DNA from: Christensenellales bacterium | Lineage (GTDB): Bacteria > Bacillota > Clostridia > Christensenellales > Aristaeellaceae | Length of the DNA: 64,000 nucleotides | Assembly: GCA_050952935.1 (NCBI GenBank) | Contig: JBMNLS010000002.1 | Coordinates: 646,988-710,987, forward strand | Direction of reading: 5' to 3' | Part shown: positions 28,511 through 37,635 of the stretch, one piece after another | Numbering within the stretch: the stretch's first letter is position 1 | Layout of the letters: the number at the start of each line of letters is the position of its first letter | Program-made: the position numbers and the translations under genes | Notes under the pieces: model-generated | The model's database searches: none | Told to the model about the DNA's origin: nothing | Seen by the model: only the letters and a program-made list of their open reading frames with translations

Positions 28511-28680
28511 TTGTAGGAAAGGAAGAGAGAATGTTATAAAATTATCATTTTAGTAATGATAATTGTGTTAATTTAAGGCGAATAAATTTGATGGCGGGTT
28601 TGGCAGGATTCCCAAAACGATATTTTTTGTCAGTAATGTTGTTAGTAGAACGTCATTTTCTGCCACTTCTCGCCGCAAAC

Positions 28681-28716
28681 AGAAAAGTGAGAGCCGTTGA
28701 AAACTCTCACTTTTCT
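28681..28716 (-). terminator. Hairpin abutting the displaced tRNA-Pro 3' fragment (probable native tRNA terminator)
   Basis: agaaaagtgagag / ctctcacttttct perfect 13-bp stem, immediately downstream (minus strand) of the partial tRNA copy. Confidence 0.6.
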
Positions 28717-28762
28717 TGGTCGAGGTGACAGGATTTGAACCTGCGACCTTTTGGTCCCGAAC
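28717..28762 (-). repeat. attL-type direct repeat: displaced 3' 46 nt of tRNA-Pro
   Basis: 46/46 identity with 50943-50988. Confidence 0.9.
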
Positions 28763-29342
28763 GCAAACTGGCGTGTTTTATGAGGTTTTATATAGCTTAA
28801 TGATCGTCAATCTAGGCGAATAAAGAGCCATCACTTGCACGTCGGCATCAATTTGGAGTAATCAAGATGAACATGGAAGGAGGCTAAACGGAGGTCGCTA
28901 ATGAAACTCATGTCAACGCTCCGAAACGTCCTTGAACACCTTGGCATCTTGTGTTACTACGATGTGTCCAAGCCTTAGAAGGAACGTTTGTGCCGATGAA
29001 CGATCTTTATTAACTCACCAACTTATACAAAGATTGGGGACAGACCAATAGAACTTGAAAGTCTTGTTAAAATAGTCTGATATGGGGGAAGAGCCATATC
29101 GCATATCTGAACATGAGACACCTAAAAGCACTGGACGACAGCGAAACGGCCGTCAGCTAACAGTCACATCAATGGCCTCCCGAAATTTGCGCATAATTCT
29201 TGACAGTACCCTTTCTGGTCGATACATGCTGTGATCCTCCGAATAAAGTGCAAGGGTTTTGGATGATTTCAGGGGTTTTCCTTGCACCAATGATACCAGT
29301 AAACAGACGGAATGTCTTGATTTAGTTGGGGTTTCTTCTTGT

Positions 29343-30323
29343 TCAGGGGACACTATGTAGACTCATTCTTCGACATTCGGAAGGCATCATATTGAATTTA
29401 TTCCAAAATACTCGATAAAAATAACTGATATTTGAATACCCGACAAGTTGAGCTATTTCATCGACTGGCACATTTGAGTTGCTGATTAACATCAATGCTT
29501 TTTCCATACGGGCATTTTGTACAAGATTAATAAAACTCTTGCCGGTTTTTTTCTTTAGTAGTGTACTAAAATAGTTGGGATGATATCCGAATTCCATAGC
29601 AGTTTGGCGTAAAGTTACTCTTTCACAGTTACCTTCAATGTAAGAAAGAATCTTAGCAATTTCATGGTTTTGTTGGTGACTTATTTCCATAATTTCGCAG
29701 TTACGCGTTAATAAAGAAATTAACGTTACAAACAAACCATCTAGTACACGTTCATAAAAACTCTCCATTGCTGTATACTCCAGAAGGATAATGTTAATAA
29801 TATATTTTAAACTGATATTTTTTTTGGCTTTGACAATCATATACTGTCCACGATTATTTAGACTGAAGGGATTGATGAAAAATTTTAGCATGTCGGTGTT
29901 TTTGGGTATATGTGGGAGGTAGGATTTTAGACAAAGCTCCTTCTTTAGTGCGAAATAAATAATACAGGTTTCATCGGTGTTTTTGGGTAGGCCATGACGA
30001 GAAATGCAATGCTTGACACCTGGTTGAACTAGAAGCGTGTCTCCTTCGTTAAGTAATATTAATTGACCATCAATGTTTTCATAGACGTTACCTTTGTAAA
30101 AATACTGTAGGACAAAAAAATCTCTGATACGTGGTATTTCGGAAATAATGGATCCATCGTATGCCCACATCACAACATCAAGCATTTGGTGAGGAGGGAC
30201 CGGAGGAGGCATTTTAATACTAATAAAATGGTTTTTCTTTTCCATTTCATTTCTTGACACACGTTGAAGATATTCCGTGTCTTTTTTCAGCTGAATAATA
30301 GCAGAACTAATTTCATATTTCAT
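29343..30323 (-). CDS. AraC family transcriptional regulator (cupin sensor + HTH)
   Basis: C-terminal AraC HTH (...NISYFYRVFWNKFNMMPSECRR) and N-terminal cupin-like beta region. Confidence 0.85.
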   Translation of the reverse strand: MKYEISSAIIQLKKDTEYLQRVSRNEMEKKNHFISIKMPPPVPPHQMLDVVMWAYDGSIISEIPRIRDFFVLQYFYKGNVYENIDGQLILLNEGDTLLVQPGVKHCISRHGLPKNTDETCIIYFALKKELCLKSYLPHIPKNTDMLKFFINPFSLNNRGQYMIVKAKKNISLKYIINIILLEYTAMESFYERVLDGLFVTLISLLTRNCEIMEISHQQNHEIAKILSYIEGNCERVTLRQTAMEFGYHPNYFSTLLKKKTGKSFINLVQNARMEKALMLISNSNVPVDEIAQLVGYSNISYFYRVFWNKFNMMPSECRRMSLHSVP

Positions 30324-30441
30324 TTCTCACTCTTTTCAATGGACAAAATTGGACGTCAGCTTAGAATTCCAAAACAAGGTTGCTGGCAGCATGTTCAGAT
30401 GCATTTGGATTAGTTAATTCGTTTATATGTCTAGTCTAATG

Positions 30442-31944
30442 TTATAAGGTCACACTATTTTGATCATTATTTTGTATTTTGAGAAACCGATGGTAGGCAT
30501 CATCCCATTTTTTTGTTGAACTGGGCTCATATTCTGTAAGCACAAAAGAATTTCTTACAATTTCACGCATTTGAAAAATGTCAGAGATCTCACCTAAAGC
30601 TAAGCATTGCATTAAAAGATTTCCCACGCAGGCACCTTCAATAGGGCCGGTGGTGACAGGTCGACCTATACAATCTGCAATCATTTGGTTTAGCATTTCA
30701 TTTCGAATTCCGCCACCAACAATATAAAGACGGTCTATGTTTTTCCCACTAAATATTTCTAAACGCTCAATTGCCCAGCGATACTTTAAAGCGAGGCTTT
30801 CATAAACACATCGAGCGATTGCACCTTCGTTATCAGGAATTGGTTGATTAGTTCGTTTACAATAATTTTGGATTTGTAAAGGCATATTAACCACATTGAA
30901 GAAATCACTGTGGGAAGGATCAATAAATGATTGTAATGCTGGGGTATTCATCACGAGGTTTGTAATGTCAGTATAGGACAAATCTTTTCCATTTTTTTTC
31001 CATTCCTTTCTTGCCTCTTGAATTATCCATAATCCAGTTATGTTCACCAATGGACGGTAGCCACCTTGCACAGTCCCCTCGTTAGAAAAGTTTGAATCAT
31101 ACATATCGTTGGTGAAGATTGGGGCTTCGGTTTCAATGCCAAGAATTGACCATGTACCGGAAGAACAAAATGCATAATTATCATTTGTTTTTGCCGGAAT
31201 GGAGGCAACAGCTGAAGCAGTATCATGTGAACCAACCAATGCATAAGGGACACGATTAACATAAGCCTCTGCTGCAATAGTTGATAGCAGCTCACCACAT
31301 AATGTTCCGGAAGGGAGGATTGGCATTAAAATACGTTCATTTATGTTAAACATTGAGAGCATTTTTCGATCCCAATCGTTGAGTGTTGGATTATACATCG
31401 CAGTCGTAGTTGAAATTGTGTATTCGCTGTGCTTTTCACCAGTACAGAAAAAAGATAGTAGATCTGGAATCATCAGCATTGCATGAGCATTTTCGATTGC
31501 TGGATCTCCTTCACGTAAACGACGATGAAGTTGATAAAGTGTATTGATGGAATAACTTGAATTTCCTGAACGAAAAAAGATATCTCTACCTGACAAAATT
31601 TTGTGCGATTCCCTCATGTCCAAATCGGTTGTATGCCTAGCACATCGGGCATTAGAAAGAAGATGTCCATTTTTATCAATGAGACCGTAATCATTACCCC
31701 AACCATCTATGCCAAAACATGCAAGTTCACCTTTGTATAGTGCACTATACTTAGCGAAAGCCGTTTTGATATTCGAAAATATGTGCAGAATATCCCAGTA
31801 AATCATTTCTCCCATTTGAACATAGTTGTTTTCAAAACGATGAACTTCTTCAAGTTTAATTTTCTTACCATCAAAACATCCTAAGAATGCCCGTCCATTG
31901 CTTGAACCTAAATCAAATGCTATTAAATTTAATGGATTTTTCAT
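30442..31944 (-). CDS. FGGY-family carbohydrate kinase, rhamnulokinase-like
   Basis: LIAFDLGSSNGRAF N-terminal phosphate-1 motif, YIVGGGIRNEMLNQ C-terminal motif, 500 aa. Confidence 0.8.
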   Translation of the reverse strand: MKNPLNLIAFDLGSSNGRAFLGCFDGKKIKLEEVHRFENNYVQMGEMIYWDILHIFSNIKTAFAKYSALYKGELACFGIDGWGNDYGLIDKNGHLLSNARCARHTTDLDMRESHKILSGRDIFFRSGNSSYSINTLYQLHRRLREGDPAIENAHAMLMIPDLLSFFCTGEKHSEYTISTTTAMYNPTLNDWDRKMLSMFNINERILMPILPSGTLCGELLSTIAAEAYVNRVPYALVGSHDTASAVASIPAKTNDNYAFCSSGTWSILGIETEAPIFTNDMYDSNFSNEGTVQGGYRPLVNITGLWIIQEARKEWKKNGKDLSYTDITNLVMNTPALQSFIDPSHSDFFNVVNMPLQIQNYCKRTNQPIPDNEGAIARCVYESLALKYRWAIERLEIFSGKNIDRLYIVGGGIRNEMLNQMIADCIGRPVTTGPIEGACVGNLLMQCLALGEISDIFQMREIVRNSFVLTEYEPSSTKKWDDAYHRFLKIQNNDQNSVTL

Positions 31945-32163
31945 AATAGATTAAATCTCCTTTCTTCAATTCATATAATCTCTTTAGCGATAGAATAGCA
32001 TTTTTCTAGAATTTTGCAAGTGAAACTTATTTTTGGACAGTAAAATGATTAATTTTCGTCAATGAAAATCTACTTACTATATTTTAATATTTATTATGTA
32101 AACATAGAGGAAAAACATTCGTCAACTATCCTGGCTATGCTATAAAATGTAATAAGGGAGGGT

Positions 32164-33228
32164 ATGGAAATAGTGTTATATTCGAGAAGACTTGAGAGAG
32201 AAACACCAACCAGGTTCTTTGTTAACAATCCAACTCCATCTGAAGCAAAAGCTGCTTTGGATATTGGAAATGTTATTGGAGTTGTCACAAATGGAAATTA
32301 TTTAAAGCGAATGTTGACTATTCCAGAAACCAAAGACTACACGATTGCTTTTATAGATAAGCTTATTCGGGATGGAATAGATGATGATGAACTAATCGTT
32401 GCATTAGCTACACAGAATGCTGTAAATGCGTGTGCAAAGATATGGCTTCCCATATTTGAATGCACCAATGGAGAAAAAGGATGGGTAGCAATTCAGGGGA
32501 ATCCAAACCATGACACAGATTATGATTTTATTGTTTCAGAAGCAAATCGTTTCTATACTGTGAGTCCCAATGTTCGTGTCAAATTTCCTGCGACAAAAGA
32601 GGCAATAAAAGCACTCGAGAGCATGACGGCATTAGGAAAAGCGACATTAGCGACTTGTGGCTTTTCGGTACAATACACTATAGAAGCCATTGAAGCTTAT
32701 CAACGAGGATGTAAACTATCAAAGAGACAAGTACCGAGGCTATATGTAACATTATTAGCTGGTCATATAGACGAATATCTTGCAAAGTATGTTAAAGCCA
32801 ATAATATTTCTATCTCCCCAGGTGTTCTATCAAGGGCGGGTGTTGAAATTGCAAAGACGGTCTATAAGCTCTGGTATGATAGGTACCGAAACACGAATAG
32901 CCGAATAGTGAGTAGCTGTAGAGAATTGTATCATTTTACGGAAATGGTTCCAGGAGATATGTCAGTAACTGTGAACCACAATTTTATCAAGGAACTCAAC
33001 AATCTTAATCCCAATATTGACAATCGAATCTCCATGAGAGAGCCTGATTCTGTGTTCGAAGAACTTAAAGATACATTTCCTGTATTTGATTTTTCAACCT
33101 CTGAGAAAAGCACAAAATATGGTTGCTGGTCAATGTTACCAACGGCTCTGTACTTTCGTAATTATGTACGGTCGGGATGGGACTTTTCGACATCAATAGT
33201 TCGAGAAAGACGTTTGATGTTTCAGTAA
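32164..33228 (+). CDS. Transaldolase-family protein (long form)
   Basis: FFVNNPTPSEA...VTNGNY and VRVKFPATKEAIKALE (candidate Schiff-base Lys context). Confidence 0.65.
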   Translation: MEIVLYSRRLERETPTRFFVNNPTPSEAKAALDIGNVIGVVTNGNYLKRMLTIPETKDYTIAFIDKLIRDGIDDDELIVALATQNAVNACAKIWLPIFECTNGEKGWVAIQGNPNHDTDYDFIVSEANRFYTVSPNVRVKFPATKEAIKALESMTALGKATLATCGFSVQYTIEAIEAYQRGCKLSKRQVPRLYVTLLAGHIDEYLAKYVKANNISISPGVLSRAGVEIAKTVYKLWYDRYRNTNSRIVSSCRELYHFTEMVPGDMSVTVNHNFIKELNNLNPNIDNRISMREPDSVFEELKDTFPVFDFSTSEKSTKYGCWSMLPTALYFRNYVRSGWDFSTSIVRERRLMFQ

Positions 33229-33301
33229 ATTCAAAAAAGAAAACTACATCCATAGAAACAAATAAAATGGATGAGTTAATAAAAGGAGGAGGACAAACCA
33301 A

Positions 33302-34249
33302 ATGAAAAAGAACATTTTTCGTAACTTTCCCTTTCTGGTAATTCTGGTACTAATGTTGACAGTCACCGTAGCTTTTGCCGAAGGAAGAACAATCGGAACC
33401 GTTATTTTAGATGGGACTAATCCACACTGCACTCTCTTCGAAAAAGGATTTCGTAGTATAGTGGAAGATAAATATGGCGATAAAGCTGTTGTTTTGGACG
33501 CTCTTGGCGATCCCGAAACTCTCATCAATAGCATTAGTGATTTAATGTCACAACAAGTTGATGGTATTGTGCTAGAAGCTTGTGATGCTGAAGCGCCAAT
33601 TGCAATCCTTAAAGAAGTCAAAAACTTAATGGGGATCCCTGTAGCGGCAGCAGATATGTATTTAGCGACCACTGAAGAAGAAGGCTTGGTAATCAGCCAA
33701 ACAGTTTCACAGAACTATGAAGCAGGAGTCGCGGTTGCTGAAGACCTTCTTAAAAGAGTTGGCACCAAGGATACTAATGTTTGTATTTTGGAAATGAAGC
33801 AAAACAGCTCTGGTATGATGCGTATTCAGGGTTTCCTTGATACAATAAAAGGTCATGATAATATAATTATTATCGAACAATCACAACCCAGCGAAGATTC
33901 TGTTGAAGCAAAACTAGCACTCGCTGAAATCTGGGTGCAGAAACACGAGAACATTGATGCAGTATTCTGTTATCATGATGTTGCTTCGCTTACCGTTGTC
34001 CAGGCTTTAAAAGCAGCTGGAAGGCTTGACGGTGTGCTGATTTATGGTGTTGACGGATCTCCGGATGCCATGCTTGCTATTAAGAAAGGAGAGATGACTG
34101 GTACTAGTAAGCAACAGCCTGATCAGATGGCTATACATTCCGCAGAGGATGTGTACACAGTACTTAATGGCGGTACTATCGAACATGAATGGGAGGTTTA
34201 CATACCTACTGTGTTTGTCGATGCAAGCAATGTAGATCAATATCTGTAA
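33302..34249 (+). CDS. Sugar ABC transporter substrate-binding protein (RbsB/LacI-type fold)
   Basis: Signal peptide plus periplasmic-binding-protein pattern; operon with a ribose-type ATPase and permease. Confidence 0.75.
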   Translation: MKKNIFRNFPFLVILVLMLTVTVAFAEGRTIGTVILDGTNPHCTLFEKGFRSIVEDKYGDKAVVLDALGDPETLINSISDLMSQQVDGIVLEACDAEAPIAILKEVKNLMGIPVAAADMYLATTEEEGLVISQTVSQNYEAGVAVAEDLLKRVGTKDTNVCILEMKQNSSGMMRIQGFLDTIKGHDNIIIIEQSQPSEDSVEAKLALAEIWVQKHENIDAVFCYHDVASLTVVQALKAAGRLDGVLIYGVDGSPDAMLAIKKGEMTGTSKQQPDQMAIHSAEDVYTVLNGGTIEHEWEVYIPTVFVDASNVDQYL

Positions 34250-34357
34250 AAAATGATTTGTTGAGTATTTACTTAATGTATAAATCAGAGTAAGACAAGA
34301 CGATTTTTGCTGGGCGAGAAGCAAGTTGTGCTTATCGCCTGGCAATTGGTAGGAATT

Positions 34358-35872
34358 ATGAATGATGCGATTTTATTGATGAATTCCATTGTAAAGAAGT
34401 TTCCTGGCGTGAACGCTTTACGAAATGTGGATTTTGAGTTACGAAAGGGTGAAGTCCATGCACTATTAGGCGAGAATGGCGCAGGAAAATCAACACTCAT
34501 GAAATGTTTAAGCGGTATACACACTATAGATAGTGGCAGCATTTCACTTGATGGAAAAAAAATCGAAATCAAATCTGTGCAAGATGCGATACGAAATAAT
34601 ATCAGTATTATTCATCAAGAACTTGTATTATGTGAAGAATTAACCATAGCGGAAAACATATTTATGGGCCGAGAACCAATAGGGAAATGTCGATTAACAA
34701 ACAAGAGAAAGCTATATAATGAAGCCCAAAAAATAATTGATCGAATTGATAGTAGTTTGAATGTTTATCGAAAAGTAAATTCGTTGTCAACTGCGCAAAA
34801 ACAAATGGTAGAAATTGCGAAAGCTTTAAGCATGAATGTAAGGATTCTGATCATGGATGAACCGACTGCAATGCTTTCACAACGTGAAGTTAATGCTCTA
34901 TTTTTGCTAATTCGTTCTCTGAGAGATGAAGGGATATCAATTGTTTATATTTCTCATAGAATGGAAGAAATATTTCACATATCTGATCGTATTACTGTAT
35001 TAAGAGATGGTATGTTGATTAAAACTTTGGAAACATCAAAAACTAACAATCAAGAATTAATAGACTTGATGGTCGGTCGAAAGCTTGAAGAATATTATGT
35101 TCGCACAGACCACAATATTGGCGGAACAATATTTGAGGCAAAAAACATTAATAGGTATGATGGGCGTGTGGTAAATGCTAACTTTCATCTAAGAAAGGGT
35201 GAAGTATTAGGCTTTGCCGGTCTAGTTGGATCGGGAAGAACCGAACTGATGCGTGCAATATTTGGTATTGATAGATTTGTTTCTGGAGAGATCTTGATCA
35301 ATGATAAACCAGTCGTTATTAGAACTGTTGAAGACGCAATAAACCTTGGTATTGGAATGGTTCCTGAGGACAGAAAGCTAGAGGGGCTTTTTCTACATCG
35401 TGAGGTTATGTTCAATATCACTTTAGGTGTTTTAGGTAGATTTATATCACTTTTCCGGATAGATCATCACAAAGAAGATATGATCGCTGATCAATATATT
35501 GACATGCTATCCATTAAGGTAAGTTCCAGAAATCAAGTTGTAGAAACTTTATCTGGAGGGAATCAACAGAAAGTGGTGCTTTCAAAATGGCTTGTTATGT
35601 CTCCCAATATATTAATTTTAGATGAACCAACTCGTGGTATCGATGTTGGTGCAAAAGCAGAGGTTTATGCAATTATTGATGATCTCGCTAAAAAAGGTAT
35701 TAGTATTATCTTGGTCTCTTCAGAAATGATGGAACTCATTAATATATGTGACCGCATTTATGTAATGTGTAATGGACATATTAGTACTTGTCTTCATCGC
35801 AATGAGATGAAGCAGGAAACAATTCTAAAGCATGCGCTAGGAGTGAATGAGTATGCAAGATGTGAAAAATAA
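34358..35872 (+). CDS. Sugar ABC transporter ATP-binding protein, duplicated ABC domains (RbsA-like)
   Basis: GENGAGKST Walker A, two LSGG-type signatures (LSTAQKQ, LSGGNQQK). Start chosen at MNDAILLM. Confidence 0.9.
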   Translation: MNDAILLMNSIVKKFPGVNALRNVDFELRKGEVHALLGENGAGKSTLMKCLSGIHTIDSGSISLDGKKIEIKSVQDAIRNNISIIHQELVLCEELTIAENIFMGREPIGKCRLTNKRKLYNEAQKIIDRIDSSLNVYRKVNSLSTAQKQMVEIAKALSMNVRILIMDEPTAMLSQREVNALFLLIRSLRDEGISIVYISHRMEEIFHISDRITVLRDGMLIKTLETSKTNNQELIDLMVGRKLEEYYVRTDHNIGGTIFEAKNINRYDGRVVNANFHLRKGEVLGFAGLVGSGRTELMRAIFGIDRFVSGEILINDKPVVIRTVEDAINLGIGMVPEDRKLEGLFLHREVMFNITLGVLGRFISLFRIDHHKEDMIADQYIDMLSIKVSSRNQVVETLSGGNQQKVVLSKWLVMSPNILILDEPTRGIDVGAKAEVYAIIDDLAKKGISIILVSSEMMELINICDRIYVMCNGHISTCLHRNEMKQETILKHALGVNEYARCEK

Positions 35873-36857
35873 AAGTGAATTTGATACATTCAAAACACGA
35901 TTTATTACCGCTTTAAAGACCAATTCAAGCGTTTTTATTGCTTTCGCTATTGTTTTTATTCTTGCTTCGTCTATTTCACCTAAGTTTCTTACTTTCACAA
36001 ATCAGATGATTGTTTTAAGAATGATTTCAGCGACAACTTTGACTGCATTTGGAATGTCGTTCGTAGTGCTTACAGGAGGTATTGATCTATCTGTTGGTTC
36101 ATATATGTCACTTGCAGGTTGTTTGACAACCATTTTGATTTCGTGGTATGAGTTTAATACTATTATTGCAATATTTCTTGCTGTTTGTGTTGGGTTAGTT
36201 TTTGGTGCACTAAATGGTCTAATAATCACCAAAATGCATATGCCTCCGTTTATCGTGACTTTAGCAACGATGAATATAATGCGTGGTATTTCCTATACAA
36301 TCACAGGAGGTAAACCAGTTTCAATAAAATCAGATCCGCTTTTTGAAAGAGTAGGTGCAGGTTTCATTGGGAAGGTTCCCATAGCAGTCGTTTATATAAT
36401 TGTCGTTTTTTGTGTTCTGTGGATGCTATTAAATCGATCTCGTTTTGGACGACATGTGTACGCTGTTGGAGGTAATATTAAAGCGGCCTCATACTCTGGA
36501 ATCAATACGAATAGAATAATTTTTTATTCGTATATTCTAACTGGAATTCTCGCTGCTTTCGGAGGAGTCATTCTTGTTTCACGCTTAAATTCCGGTCAAC
36601 CAACAATTGGTGAAGGAGCTGAATTGGATGCTATTGCTGCTTGCATAGTTGGTGGAATGAGTCTATCAGGTGGTGTCGGCACATTGACAGGCACATTTAT
36701 AGGTGCCATTCTAATGGGAGTCATTAGCAACATGCTAAACTTGGTAGGGGTTAATTCTTTTGTTCAACTAATTATCAAGGGAATAATAATTGTTTTCTCT
36801 GTTTACATTAATACACTTCGCAGTTATGCTACCAGGACAAGAAAAATTGATAATTAA
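35853..36857 (+). CDS. Sugar ABC transporter permease (RbsC-like)
   Basis: Polytopic; GGIDLSVG motif; overlaps the ATPase stop. Confidence 0.85.
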   Translation: MQDVKNKSEFDTFKTRFITALKTNSSVFIAFAIVFILASSISPKFLTFTNQMIVLRMISATTLTAFGMSFVVLTGGIDLSVGSYMSLAGCLTTILISWYEFNTIIAIFLAVCVGLVFGALNGLIITKMHMPPFIVTLATMNIMRGISYTITGGKPVSIKSDPLFERVGAGFIGKVPIAVVYIIVVFCVLWMLLNRSRFGRHVYAVGGNIKAASYSGINTNRIIFYSYILTGILAAFGGVILVSRLNSGQPTIGEGAELDAIAACIVGGMSLSGGVGTLTGTFIGAILMGVISNMLNLVGVNSFVQLIIKGIIIVFSVYINTLRSYATRTRKIDN

Positions 36858-36912
36858 GATTTATAATATGCTACAATAAGTAAGAAGATATATAATAAAG
36901 GAGGAACTGGTA

Positions 36913-37380
36913 ATGAAAGAAAACATATCTCATATAGGACATTATGGTATCACAGTAAGCAACTTAGAAAGAACACGAGATTTTTATGAAAATGTGCTTG
37001 GATTTGAATATGAAGGAAAACTTACTATGGACGATGGGTCGGATATTCTAGACATTCCTGCTTATGAAGAGGTAACTGGTGTGCCAGGTGTTAAGTTTAG
37101 AATCATGAACATGAAGGGCTATGGAATTAATCTTGAGTTTTTGCAGTACATATATCCCGAAGAGATTGAGATTGAAATACAGCCATATATTCGTGGCACA
37201 TCGCATTTAGCCCTTGTGGTCAAGGATCCAGAAAAAGCTTATGCAGAATTAAAGAATAAAGGTGTATGGGTTTCTTCTGATCGCGCTGCTTGCATTGATA
37301 GAGGAACACATAAAGGAGTTTATGCCAATTACTTTAGAGATCCTGATGGATTTATCCTTGAATTTGTCAAACCGAACTAA
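36913..37380 (+). CDS. VOC/glyoxalase-family protein
   Basis: ISHIGHYGITVSNLERTRDFYENVLGF and DPDGFILEF motifs. Confidence 0.8.
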   Translation: MKENISHIGHYGITVSNLERTRDFYENVLGFEYEGKLTMDDGSDILDIPAYEEVTGVPGVKFRIMNMKGYGINLEFLQYIYPEEIEIEIQPYIRGTSHLALVVKDPEKAYAELKNKGVWVSSDRAACIDRGTHKGVYANYFRDPDGFILEFVKPN

Positions 37381-37407
37381 TACATAATACAAGTCTGAAC
37401 TGTTGAT

Positions 37408-37436
37408 AGAGTCTCAGCTGATGCAGCTGGGACTCT
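37408..37436 (+). terminator. Terminator hairpin after the sugar locus
   Basis: agagtctcagctg-atg-cagctgggactct, a 13-bp stem (one G-U), then a short T-run. Confidence 0.6.
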
Positions 37437-37462
37437 TTGCCTATTAGCGGAACGAAGAACAA

Positions 37463-37502
37463 GGTACTGTCAAGAATTTTACGCATAATTCTTGACAGTA
37501 CC
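37463..37502. repeat. Perfect 16-bp inverted repeat; one arm recurs at 29190-29210
   Basis: ggtactgtcaagaatt-ttacgcat-aattcttgacagtacc; followed by a tandem gacagtacc duplication (37494-37511). Confidence 0.8.
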
Positions 37503-37635
37503 GACAGTACCTCCGATCTCATCAATAAGTTTTCAAAGCACACTCTTTTCCCATCTTGCCGTCTGATTTCCCTCCATCTGTAATTTTATCCACTGACAGA
37601 AGTTTACACAATCTATTCAACATTTTCGCATAATA

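Noticed and set aside
28540-28564. Perfect 10-bp palindrome aattatcatt-N5-aatgataatt between the IS and the displaced tRNA fragment.
   Set aside because: It is pure A/T-rich sequence in AT-rich DNA with no adjacent gene to regulate, so I cannot distinguish it from chance.
28576-28824. 11-nt direct repeat aggcgaataaa at 28576-28586 and 28814-28824, flanking the displaced att copy.
   Set aside because: One copy is outside and one inside the island, with no symmetric counterpart near the intact tRNA. In AT-rich DNA this is short enough to be chance.
29153-29353. 66-aa minus-strand ORF containing one copy of the 21-nt repeat.
   Set aside because: It has no RBS, overlaps the AraC stop region, and its only notable feature is the shared DNA repeat. 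It is treated as non-coding or a remnant.
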